This document shows, piece after piece, positions 1-9,217 of a stretch of DNA of 64,000 bases. The translations under genes and the position numbers were made by a program. The DNA comes from an uncultured Gammaproteobacteria bacterium (GTDB lineage: Bacteria > Pseudomonadota > Gammaproteobacteria > Arenicellales > CAJQKF01). The stretch spans positions 4,934 to 68,933 of the forward strand of contig CAJQKF010000039.1 of NCBI GenBank assembly GCA_905478855.1, in the 5' to 3' direction. The notes below the pieces were generated by a model. It searched no databases, had not been told where the DNA came from, and was given only the letters and a program-made list of their open reading frames with translations. How positions within the stretch are numbered: position 1 is the stretch's first letter; the number at the start of each line of letters is the position of its first letter.

Positions 1-357
1 ACATTTAAGGGCGTGGCAACAGACTTTAGTCAAGAAGATATGACACTTACCATGGGTTTTGAAACTGATTTACGCTTTTGTCATTCGGGCGATGTAGTTC
101 AAGGTGGTTTTATTTCGGGTATGCTCGACGGAGTTATGGCTTATGCGGTTATTGGTATGCCAGAATTATGTGATGCGGTGGCAACTCTAGAAATAAAGGT
201 GAGCTATATGCGAGTCGCACGAAACGGAATTTTTTCCGGCAGTGGTAGAGTTGTACATGCCGGCCGCAGTATTGCTTATCTCGATGGGCAGTTGTACCAA
301 GATGATAGGTTAGTTGCGGCTGCCACCTCTACGGTAAAGTTATTAAGATCAAAATAA
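1..357 (+). CDS. Hotdog-fold (PaaI-type) thioesterase, probably 5'-partial at the window edge
   Basis: The frame is open from base 1. The motif GDVVQGGFISGMLDGVMAYAV resembles the PaaI/4HBT thioesterase core. The listed ORF starts at a GTG at 13. Confidence 0.6.
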   Translation, partial: TFKGVATDFSQEDMTLTMGFETDLRFCHSGDVVQGGFISGMLDGVMAYAVIGMPELCDAVATLEIKVSYMRVARNGIFSGSGRVVHAGRSIAYLDGQLYQDDRLVAAATSTVKLLRSK

Positions 358-359
358 AA

Positions 360-929
360 CTAAAGGCTATTTAAGAATAATGATTGCGGTGGTATTCCGT
401 CTTTAGGATCTGCTGCAATTTCAAAGGTGTTTAATAACATAGCAAGACTTGAGAAATAGCCAAGTATGGAAACCAGTTCAACTAACTGTTCTATTCCAAT
501 TAACGCTTCTGTGTGTGTATAGGTTTCATTAGACACCTTTTTGTGGTCTAACAGTTCAAGACAAAACTTATAGACTAACTGTTGGTTATTACAAACGGTG
601 GTTGGCATGTTTTCTGTAAGGATTCCACTAATGCACGCCTCGGTTAATCCAGTATTTTGCCCAATCACCACATGGGCATTCCACTCAACCTCATTCCTCC
701 AGTGGCGCGCGGCGGTTAATATGGCAATCTCTCGGTAAGTGGCATTAAGTTTTGTATTAAAACGAAGAGCCGCTCCTAAAACTTGAGTTTCATTGGCAAT
801 ATCAGGTGCCTGAATGAGAGCATAGAAGGGTCCACCAAACTTTCCTCTTGGCCCCGAAATAATATCGTTATAGATTTTTTCTTGGCTCTTATTTAATTGA
901 TCTGGATTGAATGCTGGTAGTCGGGACAT
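360..929 (-). CDS. Carboxymuconolactone decarboxylase (AhpD-like) family protein
   Basis: 189 aa. The N-terminus (LNKSQEKIYNDIISGPRGKFGGPFYALIQAPDIA) and overall helical pattern are typical of CMD-family proteins. Confidence 0.65.
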   Translation of the reverse strand: MSRLPAFNPDQLNKSQEKIYNDIISGPRGKFGGPFYALIQAPDIANETQVLGAALRFNTKLNATYREIAILTAARHWRNEVEWNAHVVIGQNTGLTEACISGILTENMPTTVCNNQQLVYKFCLELLDHKKVSNETYTHTEALIGIEQLVELVSILGYFSSLAMLLNTFEIAADPKDGIPPQSLFLNSL

Positions 930-1015
930 GGCTCACTATTCCGGGTTGGTGATCTTCTTTGATATTCTTTTAAGATTGCTTATACTGGGTTTGAATAACT
1001 ACATTGTAAAGAGAT

Positions 1016-1948
1016 ATGAGTATGAAACCAGTCATAATTACCTGCGCTGTTACCGGCAGTATTCATACGCCAACGATGTCGGAATTTCTGCCTATAACAC
1101 CGGACGAAATCGCGACTCAGGCCATTGCTGCAGCCGATGCGGGTGCTGCCATTTTGCATCTTCATGCGCGGGATCCGGCGAACGGTCGTCCGACACCTGA
1201 TCCGGAAGTTTTTATGCAGTTTCTGCCGAAGATAAAGGAAGCAACTAATGCGGTGGTAAATATTTCCACCGGTGGTGGACCGGGCATGTCAGTAGATGAA
1301 CGGATCGCCGCCGCAATGCGTGCAAGCCCGGAAATGGCATCGCTTAACATGGGTTCAATGAACTTTGGCTTGTATCCATTGCTAGATAAGTATTCTGACT
1401 GGAAACACGATTGGGAGCCGAAGTTTCTAGATATGACTCGTGATTTTATTTTCAGAAATACTTTTCAGGATATTGAAACCATATTGCAGAAATTAGGTGA
1501 GGGCTGTGGCACACGTTTCGAGTTCGAATGTTACGATGTTGGTCACCTTTATAATCTTGCCCATTTTGTGGATCGTGGTTTGATAAAACCACCGTTCTTT
1601 GTGCAAACAATATTTGGTCTTCTTGGTGGAATTGGCGCGGATGAAGAGAACTTGATGCATATGCGTCGCATGGCATTAAAGTTGTTTGGAGATGATCACG
1701 AGTGGTCTGTACTGGCCGCAGGGCGCTTTCAAATGCCGTATGTAACCAGAGCAGGGACCATGGGTGGAAATGTACGTGTAGGCCTCGAAGATAGCCTTTA
1801 CCTGGGTAAGGGGGAGCTTGCGCAAACTAATGCCCAACAGGTAACCAAGATCCGCCGGATTCTGGAAGATCTTTCCATGACCATTGCAACACCGGATGAG
1901 GCTAGACAACGGCTGGCATTAAAAGGTGCAAACAACGTAGCATTTTAG
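1016..1948 (+). CDS. Beta-keto acid cleavage enzyme (BKACE/DUF849, 3-keto-5-aminohexanoate cleavage family)
   Basis: 310 aa. It carries the family hallmarks PVIITCAVTGS...HLHARDP...NISTGG and a C-terminal VRVGLEDSLY motif. Confidence 0.85.
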   Translation: MSMKPVIITCAVTGSIHTPTMSEFLPITPDEIATQAIAAADAGAAILHLHARDPANGRPTPDPEVFMQFLPKIKEATNAVVNISTGGGPGMSVDERIAAAMRASPEMASLNMGSMNFGLYPLLDKYSDWKHDWEPKFLDMTRDFIFRNTFQDIETILQKLGEGCGTRFEFECYDVGHLYNLAHFVDRGLIKPPFFVQTIFGLLGGIGADEENLMHMRRMALKLFGDDHEWSVLAAGRFQMPYVTRAGTMGGNVRVGLEDSLYLGKGELAQTNAQQVTKIRRILEDLSMTIATPDEARQRLALKGANNVAF

Positions 1949-1962
1949 AGTGAGAATAATTT

Positions 1963-2832
1963 ATGACCATTTTATACAAAGGAATGGATGCACAGACTCT
2001 GGAAGCAGAGTACAACTTGATAGCTCGTCGCGGAGATGATTTTCCTGAATTAGCGCAACGTTGGATAAAACGCAGCGCAGCACAACGGCAAGTAACGGGT
2101 GCCAGAATTGATTTGGCTTATGGCGAGGGCGATCGTGAAAAACTCGATTGGTTTTCAGGGGGAAACCCTGATGGCCCTATGTTGGTTTATATTCATGGTG
2201 GATATTGGCAACGTGGTGATAAAAGTTTGTACAGTTTTATTACCGAGTCATTTATAAAGCACGGGGTTTCGGTAGCCGTTTTGAATTACGATTTAACGCC
2301 AGCGGTACGAATGGGGCATATTCCTCCGCAGATTCGTAAGGCCATAGCCTGGTTGTGGCACCATGCAGCTGATCTCGGTTTTGCTAAAGAACAATTATTT
2401 GTATCCGGGCATTCTGCAGGTGGTCATTTAACTGCCATGATGATGGCAACTAACTGGCCTGAGTTTGATTCTGAATTACCACTGGATTTGATTCGTGCCG
2501 GCATCCCAATTTCTGGCTTATTCGAACTGGAACCACTGGTACATACGAGCATCAACGACGGCCCGCAAATGGATATTGCAGAGTCCCATGCCGAAAGCCC
2601 TTGCTTTCTTCCACCAACAACCAATGCACCGCAACTGGTAGTGGTCGGTGGAGGAGAGACAGCAGAGTTTTTGCGTCAGTCTGACGATTATGTGAAGCAA
2701 TACCAAACGGCGGAGAGATACATGGAGCGTTACGATGTTCCAACAGCCGATCATTTTGATGAGCTTGAACGACTAGCGGAGGACGATAGTGTTTTCTTTG
2801 AGAAATCGATGGAGTTGATTTTGAGTCGTTAG
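1963..2832 (+). CDS. Alpha/beta hydrolase, arylformamidase/esterase-like
   Basis: It has an HGGYW oxyanion motif and a GHSAGGH nucleophile elbow. It is a paralog of the CDS at 23669-24499. Confidence 0.7.
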   Translation: MTILYKGMDAQTLEAEYNLIARRGDDFPELAQRWIKRSAAQRQVTGARIDLAYGEGDREKLDWFSGGNPDGPMLVYIHGGYWQRGDKSLYSFITESFIKHGVSVAVLNYDLTPAVRMGHIPPQIRKAIAWLWHHAADLGFAKEQLFVSGHSAGGHLTAMMMATNWPEFDSELPLDLIRAGIPISGLFELEPLVHTSINDGPQMDIAESHAESPCFLPPTTNAPQLVVVGGGETAEFLRQSDDYVKQYQTAERYMERYDVPTADHFDELERLAEDDSVFFEKSMELILSR

Positions 2833-2873
2833 AATATTCAACTTAGATATCGTAAATTAAAATGTATTTCTTC

Positions 2874-2900
2874 CGAACCTTAACTGCTAAATAAGGTTCG
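2874..2900 (+). terminator. Stem-loop downstream of the hydrolase gene (9-bp perfect stem, no U-tract)
   Basis: CGAACCTTA-actgctaaa-TAAGGTTCG lies 42 nt after the stop at 2832. No T-run follows, so terminator function is uncertain. Confidence 0.3.
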
Positions 2901-3618
2901 TATGTAGGATAACAGGAAACAATCGGCAGAGCCGGATGAGCAAACTATCGAAGGAATTTTGTCTAAACAAGAGTTAGTACTAACCATAAACTTTATCGGT
3001 AAATATCCCTATCTGTATGACCATTCAGCGATTCGGTATTCTTAATGGGCTTTATATAAAACGGTTGACATAGATGATGGAGTGTTTGCGACTGCAAAGG
3101 TGGTTTTTAATTTCAGCGTATCTAGAAGTTACAAAAGTGTTGGCTTTGAAACTCAGATGCAGCCCCTTGTTGGGTATGCTTCGTTATTTCATTAATCATG
3201 TTATGTAGAAAGGTTGAAAATAGGTGGCAGTTAATCTTAAGATATATCTGGCTGACACTGAGGAGGAGCTCTACAAGTACTTAGTTGATTTGGCGAAAAG
3301 TGAGGTCAGATGTGTTCTTAAGTGAGTCGATCGTTGTATACTTACTGGTATCGGTTGAAAGCGTTATTTCCTTATTCTGCGGATATACGTTAAAGGATTT
3401 TCATCGCTAACGGAGTAGCGTCATCCAAAAGCGAAAGCTCCGTTCAACCTAATTATTCAGATAATAAAGTCGTTTACTTGCCTGCGGTTCTTAAATAACA
3501 TAATGTTTTTGTTATCTGTATCCAATCTCTCAGAGTGAAGTAATTTACACTGCAGCGCTAGTTTCACTCAATAATGTTCTACTCGATATAAAACGGTAGT
3601 GATTAATCAGCAATCAGT

Positions 3619-4962
3619 ATGCTAAGTCTCCATAAGTTCCTGTTGCGCTTAGATAATCAATTCGGATCGGCAAAAACTAATTTTTTAGTGAATGGACGTA
3701 AGGAACTTGCTAACATTCTTTGGCTTTATTCCAGCCGAGTATTTAAATTATTTGTCGGAGCAATAGTTGGTGTTTGGCTCGCGCGTTACTTAGGTCCTGA
3801 ATCTTACGGCCTCTTAAACTATGTTGTTGCTTTGGTAGGACTATTCTTATCATTTTCCTCACTAGGGTTAAAACCCATTGTGATTCAGAACCTTGTAAAA
3901 GACCCTGAATCAAAAGAAAAAACAATTGGCACTGCAACTCTTTTATTGTTTTTGGGAGCCATAATTGCATATTCTGCGCTATTGGTTTTGGTATTTTATC
4001 TGCATTCTGACAATGTATTTGAGCGACAGATTATCTGTGTTTTTGGTTTAATCATCTTTTTTCGTGTAAGTGATACTTGCCGATTCTGGTTTGAAGCTCA
4101 GCTGCAGTCAAAGAGAACAGTTATTACCGAAGGAATTGCATTCACTATTGTTTCGGTGCTGAAAGTAATATTTATACTCTCGGAGTCTACGTTAATATAT
4201 TTCGTTTTTCTTATTTTAGCGGAATCTGTTCTTGCTGCAATCCTAATAGTTCGAGTTTTTATAAAACAAAAAAATCAATTTGGAACCTTAAACGTCTCGT
4301 TCCCAATTGCAAAGTCGCTTATTGATAGATCATGGCCGTTGATTATATGGGTGCTTTCTGCAAGTGCGTTTAATCGAATTGATCAAATAATGATTGGTCA
4401 AATACTAGGGCAAACGCAACTAGGCTATTACAGTGCAGCTGTTTTGATTTCAGAAATGTGGTATTTCGTGGCACTTGCTACGACTGCATCTTTAATGCCA
4501 GCATTTCACAGGCTTTACGAACGTTCGGAAAAAGAATTTGATCTCAAGTTGCAAGTTTTATTTCGAGTAATGGTTATAATTTCGTTGCCTATAACCCTTT
4601 TAGTCGTGATATTTAGCGATTGGATAATATTAACAATATTTGGTGAAGCGTTTAATCTTTCAGCATCTGTGCTATCGATTCACGCACTCGCATCTGTTTT
4701 TGTTTTTTTAGGTCAAGCATCTTTCTGCTGGTTTATTGTAAAAAATAAGCAAAAGCTGGTAAGCGTCATGACTCTGATGGGTCTGATTCTAAATATTATG
4801 CTCAATGTTCTATTTATACCCGAGTACGGTATTTACGGTGCCGCCTGGGCGACGTTTCTTTCCAGAGTATTTGTAGCTCTTCTGGGAAATTTATTTTTTA
4901 GAGAAACACGAATCCTCTTCAAAATGATGATAAAAAGTCTTTTAGTTTTTGGTCGATCATAA
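3619..4962 (+). CDS. wzx: Oligosaccharide/polysaccharide flippase (Wzx, PST family)
   Basis: 447 aa and highly hydrophobic, with a multi-TM pattern. The N-terminal region resembles polysaccharide biosynthesis/flippase proteins. It sits next to GT genes. Confidence 0.75.
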   Translation: MLSLHKFLLRLDNQFGSAKTNFLVNGRKELANILWLYSSRVFKLFVGAIVGVWLARYLGPESYGLLNYVVALVGLFLSFSSLGLKPIVIQNLVKDPESKEKTIGTATLLLFLGAIIAYSALLVLVFYLHSDNVFERQIICVFGLIIFFRVSDTCRFWFEAQLQSKRTVITEGIAFTIVSVLKVIFILSESTLIYFVFLILAESVLAAILIVRVFIKQKNQFGTLNVSFPIAKSLIDRSWPLIIWVLSASAFNRIDQIMIGQILGQTQLGYYSAAVLISEMWYFVALATTASLMPAFHRLYERSEKEFDLKLQVLFRVMVIISLPITLLVVIFSDWIILTIFGEAFNLSASVLSIHALASVFVFLGQASFCWFIVKNKQKLVSVMTLMGLILNIMLNVLFIPEYGIYGAAWATFLSRVFVALLGNLFFRETRILFKMMIKSLLVFGRS

Positions 4963-4977
4963 TTTGGGAATATTCTT

Positions 4978-5637
4978 CTAATCTGTCGTTTGGCTTATTG
5001 TGTTTGAAAAAAAACAACTGACTCCTGCAGAGCCAATCACAATCATTACAAGAAGCCGATATGCGCCCGAGTATTCATTACCATAAGTTAAAAATATTAT
5101 TTCATGACTCCCACGTTTTGATAGAAGAGTTGTGAAAAGAAGTTCGAATAATGCTAGTTGTAAAAGTAGTTCAAGCTTGTTCATATCCTTACCTTGAGAC
5201 CGGCTAACTTCAAATGCGTCACAAATCATTGCGATTGTTTCTTGCGCTCCTACTTGCTCGTAATATGTGTGATTCATCTCGTCCGGTATCAAGAGATCGG
5301 TAGGCTGTTTTACCCCAAGAGCACCTTGTAATATAGATTTCTGCTGTTCCAAACGCATGACACGCACTTCCAGACCCTGGATATGCTGTTGGTCTGCTGT
5401 AAATGCTTTTTTGATCGGGGTGATACTTCTGCGTTCGAGTTGAAGTTGTTGAACCCAGCATTTTAGAGCTGTTTCACCAATTCCCAGTGAACGGCTGGCT
5501 AGGCTTATCGAATAACTTGAGCAACTGCCAAACAGGCTGTCTCGTTTGTAAATTTGGTCTAAAATGACCGACGTTGTCTTTTCATTGAGCACCTCTCTGG
5601 TGGTAATTTTATCGCCTATTTTAGTGTCTGGTGTCAT
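4978..5637 (-). mobile_element. Degenerate, truncated IS3-family transposase remnant (OrfA plus the start of OrfB, fused in one frame)
   Basis: SLGIGETALKCWVQQLQLERR followed by a leucine-zipper-like segment (LEVRVMRLEQQKSILQGALG) matches IS3/IS911 OrfA. ICDAFEVSRSQ matches the start of OrfB. No DDE catalytic region is present. Confidence 0.6.
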
Positions 5638-5683
5638 TAGGCCATGACACTTATTGTTTACTAAACACCAGAGTAATATATCT

Positions 5684-6862
5684 TTATGAGAGTTTTTTAG
5701 AAAAACTGTTCTCGGTTTCGGGGTGTCCAGTCACTTGCGTTCTTTGCGGTGACGTTAAAAGGCTGTGCCACTTTGCCATAATCGGGGTTATCGAGTATTT
5801 GCGGTGGGCATTTTTCAGGGCGTATTCGGAATATTTTTTCCTTAGTGACGTATCGGTAATTAGTATGTGTAATGCTTCCGCAATCTGTCGTGTTGCGCCG
5901 ATCTCTACTAAAAAGCCACTTTTTTCGTTATCTATTATCTCCGCTGGGCCAACTGGGCAATTTGTAGATACCACAGGTAACCCTAGTGATTGCGCTTCTA
6001 TAATCGCGTTGTTCGCTCCCTCCAATTTGCTTGTTAATACGAGTGCTTTGGCGATCTTCATAATTTGATGTACATCGTTCCTAAAACCTAAAAAGTGGAC
6101 TCGATTTTGTATGCCTAGGTTTCTTATCTGGGTTTCCATCTTCGAGCGTAGTGGACCGGCACCACAAATCCATAACTGTGCATCAGTCTGCTGCAGAAGA
6201 ATTTCGAATGCGGCGATAAAAACATCCGGACATTTTACCGAATTAAGCCTCCCTACAAAAAGGACCACAGGAATTGTTTGATCAGGTAGCTGGGCATTAC
6301 AAGCGTTAGTCTCAGAGGCTTGCGTTTCGATACAAATTGCATTTTCAATAACTGAAACTCGACCTTTTGCAAACGGGTATATTTTTATAAAATTTAACGC
6401 AAGTGCATTTGAATTAGCGATGAATAAGTCAACCTTTTGCAGAAATAAGCGATGCAATATCCAGATAAGAAATCTATCGGTATACTCTGGAGGTGATCCC
6501 ACCCTAACAATCCATTTATTTGGTTGATGGTTGGAGAATAGCCTGACGATACCCATAAAAAGTCCGGTAGAAACTATATTACATAGGATAATGTCTGGTT
6601 TCTCTTGATCTATCCATTTTGCTAAGCGGCGTGCAGCAGAGTAAGTTTTCCACTTATTCGTTTTATTCAACAAAATAACTGGAATGTCAGTTGGTAGCGG
6701 ATAATCAATTATCTTCCTAAATAAAACGAGAGTTGGTTTAATCAGGCTTAGATCGATATTTTGTAAAAGGGTGCTCGCAAATCTCTCTGCACCACCCTGT
6801 GCTAGTGTGACACTGAGAATCGCAACTTTAGTTTTTCTGGATGTACGTGGTTCTTTCAACAC
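5684..6862 (-). CDS. Glycosyltransferase family 4 (GT-B, Glycos_transf_1)
   Basis: 392 aa. The C-terminal EGANNAIIEAQSLGLPVVSTNCPVGPAEII matches the GT4 E-x7-E region. Confidence 0.85.
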   Translation of the reverse strand: MLKEPRTSRKTKVAILSVTLAQGGAERFASTLLQNIDLSLIKPTLVLFRKIIDYPLPTDIPVILLNKTNKWKTYSAARRLAKWIDQEKPDIILCNIVSTGLFMGIVRLFSNHQPNKWIVRVGSPPEYTDRFLIWILHRLFLQKVDLFIANSNALALNFIKIYPFAKGRVSVIENAICIETQASETNACNAQLPDQTIPVVLFVGRLNSVKCPDVFIAAFEILLQQTDAQLWICGAGPLRSKMETQIRNLGIQNRVHFLGFRNDVHQIMKIAKALVLTSKLEGANNAIIEAQSLGLPVVSTNCPVGPAEIIDNEKSGFLVEIGATRQIAEALHILITDTSLRKKYSEYALKNAHRKYSITPIMAKWHSLLTSPQRTQVTGHPETENSFSKKLS

Positions 6863-7253
6863 TAGAATTTCATACCTGAAACAATACTACGGTTGCGTCA
6901 AAGTTTAACTTTGCTTTCTAGGAAGTCTCGGACAAAGTCTTTACACATGGGGACCATTCCTATATTCAATAAACTATATCACATGCGAATCTATATTAGC
7001 TTAGAGGGCTTTTGGCACTATTGCTGAATCGCCTTGTAAAAATAATTTTCTAGTCTAGATCTTTGAACTGGTTTTTTAGACGGAATTAAGAAAAATAATG
7101 TTGTCTTACTGTTTGATAGCGCGTGCCTTAAGGTTCCATAGATGATGGTTTTAACAGATGATGCCGCAATAATTTAGAACCTCAAAAAATACTATGTTGC
7201 ACCAATGGTTGCAGATTATCAGCTGAAATCTTCAGTTAACACCACTATACTTC

Positions 7254-8351
7254 ATGCAATCACAATACTTAATGGTATGCATGCGTATTCTTGTTATTGC
7301 CGGCATGATTGATGCCAAGTTGACCTCGAAGATTTTACCTCTACAATCAATTTCTGAAGTTAACGAAATAGATCTAGTGCGCAGAGTTCATTATCAAGGA
7401 GAAAAAATAAACTGTCATACTCCACCAACTCTATTTCTTAAGTTTCTTCCTTTAGCGGAACTATGGCGCTTAGGAACACTTATGTTCCTAGCAATCTTTA
7501 AACGTCCTCAGGTCATTATAGCATTTGGCACGGTTCCGCACGGAGTATACGCTTGGTTGATTGGCAAGCTTACCAAGACCCCAGTTATTCAACATGTCAT
7601 GGGGAAAAATGACCTTCGTCTTACTTTTCCTGGGCAAATCGGTCGTGGGCTAACACTTCATGCCGTCCGTCACTCAAAAGCTATTGCAGTACGGGGCACG
7701 CAAATGGCTAGCTGGCTCACCCAGCAGGGGATCCCGTCTGAGCGGCTATTTTCGCCCCAGAATATTCATAACTTTGATCTCTTCTGTCCTGATGACATTA
7801 GGAAGCCGGAGTTCGACTTGATCTACGTAGGTTTACTTTCACCTTACAAGCGAGTTGATCTATTGCTTAATGCGTTTGCACAAAGTAGCGAGGTAATCCC
7901 TAACCTGACGCTACTTATTGTGGGCGATGGGTCTGAACGAACCAAGCTTGAAAAGTTAGCAGAAGCCTTGAAAGTTAGAGAGCAAGTCTGCTTTGCAGGT
8001 AAACAGTCTATAAGCCAATTGCCTAAGTTTTACCAAAACGCTAAGGTTTTCATCATGACATCTCAGGGTGATGGATTGCCAATGGCAATGATTGAAGCCA
8101 TGAGTTGTGGACTACCCGCTATTGTCCCAAATGATGCTGACTTCTGTGACGTGGCTAACCCAAAGAATGCACTCATAATTCGAAGTCATACTTCTGATGC
8201 CTTTTCGCAAGGAATTGTTAGTTTATTCTTGGATGAGCAAAAATTTCAGTCTCTCAAACATGCAACCCAACAATTACGGCAAGAGAACGAGATTTTTTAT
8301 TCTGTTAAATATCAAACTGCGCTATGGAGAAAATGGGTGCTGAAAAATTAG
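7254..8351 (+). CDS. Glycosyltransferase family 4. The more likely start is the ATG at 7281 (MRILVIAG)
   Basis: GDGLPMAMIEAMSCGLPAIVPN is a GT4 motif. An MRILVI-type N-terminus is typical of the family. Confidence 0.85.
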   Translation: MQSQYLMVCMRILVIAGMIDAKLTSKILPLQSISEVNEIDLVRRVHYQGEKINCHTPPTLFLKFLPLAELWRLGTLMFLAIFKRPQVIIAFGTVPHGVYAWLIGKLTKTPVIQHVMGKNDLRLTFPGQIGRGLTLHAVRHSKAIAVRGTQMASWLTQQGIPSERLFSPQNIHNFDLFCPDDIRKPEFDLIYVGLLSPYKRVDLLLNAFAQSSEVIPNLTLLIVGDGSERTKLEKLAEALKVREQVCFAGKQSISQLPKFYQNAKVFIMTSQGDGLPMAMIEAMSCGLPAIVPNDADFCDVANPKNALIIRSHTSDAFSQGIVSLFLDEQKFQSLKHATQQLRQENEIFYSVKYQTALWRKWVLKN

Positions 8352-9134
8352 CTGAAGGTGGATGATTGGCTTAAAAAATCTGTTTTTTCAAGCCCGAATT
8401 CAGGTCGAATTTGTAAAAATCGGTTAATTCTTCGGTGGGATATATTAAAAATTTATAAGAAGAAAACTTAATTTTCCCCATATGTCTATTCGTTATTATT
8501 GACTGGTTTAATTTTCCACTGAAGTAGTGAGCGATTCTAAAGATATTCAACTATTGATTGCCAACCATTTTTATGGTGAATCAATAAGGGACTTGGATTA
8601 AACCAGTAAGTGCAACGTTTGGATTGATACTTAAGAACACCTGATTAGGCGTTTTTATATAAAGGTATTTTAGGCTCGATTGTTTAATCGAGTCATAGCA
8701 GAATTAACTTCTTTCTGAGTGATCGTTGTAGTGTGATAAACGATACGGGGTTCATTTTTTCTTATCGACGTTCACCAGTCAGATACTGGCTTTTTTAGGT
8801 CTATAACCCATCAAATCACGGTTATGCTTTATTTCTCTGTTATTGAATCCACGTTTATATTGAATTTAGTTTTATTTATGAAAAAGTGTAAGTTAATTGT
8901 GTATATCTCATCTGCGTTACTCAACCAACAGTCGGCAAAAAATGGTCTATATTTGTTCACTAGTGACTTTTTTCATGGAAATTCAATTTTTTATCACTGA
9001 CGTTTAAAATTATGGTTTTATCACTTAGTCGACTGGGCCAATCTGCGGAAAAACCTTGAACATTTTGATCTGGGTTGATTCATGTCAAAATTTTGCAATA
9101 CATCCTGAACTAGAATAGAGTATCGGCCGGAGTG

Positions 9135-9163
9135 TTACATGTGGCATGTTTGCTGCTTATAAT
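9135..9163 (+). promoter_or_regulatory. Candidate sigma70 promoter for ugpB
   Basis: TTACAT-N17-TATAAT ends about 55 nt upstream of the ugpB ATG. A GGAG Shine-Dalgarno sits at 9205-9208. Confidence 0.35.
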
Positions 9164-9217
9164 GCTGGACTAAAAAACTAAAGAAAAAATTCCTGCTACA
9201 TAATTGGAGATATATTA

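Noticed and set aside
907-1200. 97-aa plus-strand ORF overlapping the start of the BKACE gene, and a 61-aa minus-strand ORF at 980-1165.
   Set aside because: They are out of frame with, or antisense to, the well-supported BKACE CDS. Their composition (Cys/Arg/Ser-rich) is not protein-like.
3590-3603. ops/JUMPstart-like element (aaaCGGTAGtga) 20 nt upstream of wzx. A second TAGCGT-containing hairpin lies at 3405-3422.
   Set aside because: Only the CGGTAG core matches the GGCGGTAGCGTG consensus, about 7 of 12 positions. That is too weak to call without a RfaH homolog or conservation data.
8878-9000. 40-codon ORF (MKKCKLIVYISSALLNQQSAKNG...) in the ugpB upstream spacer.
   Set aside because: It has no Shine-Dalgarno sequence and AT-rich, random-looking composition. 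It overlaps the repeated TCACT boxes, so it more likely arises by chance in AT-rich DNA.
8352-9217. A canonical PhoB box upstream of ugpB.
   Set aside because: I could not find two CTGTCAT-like heptamers at 11-bp spacing by eye. I therefore report only the observed repeats and leave the Pho box question to a PWM scan.
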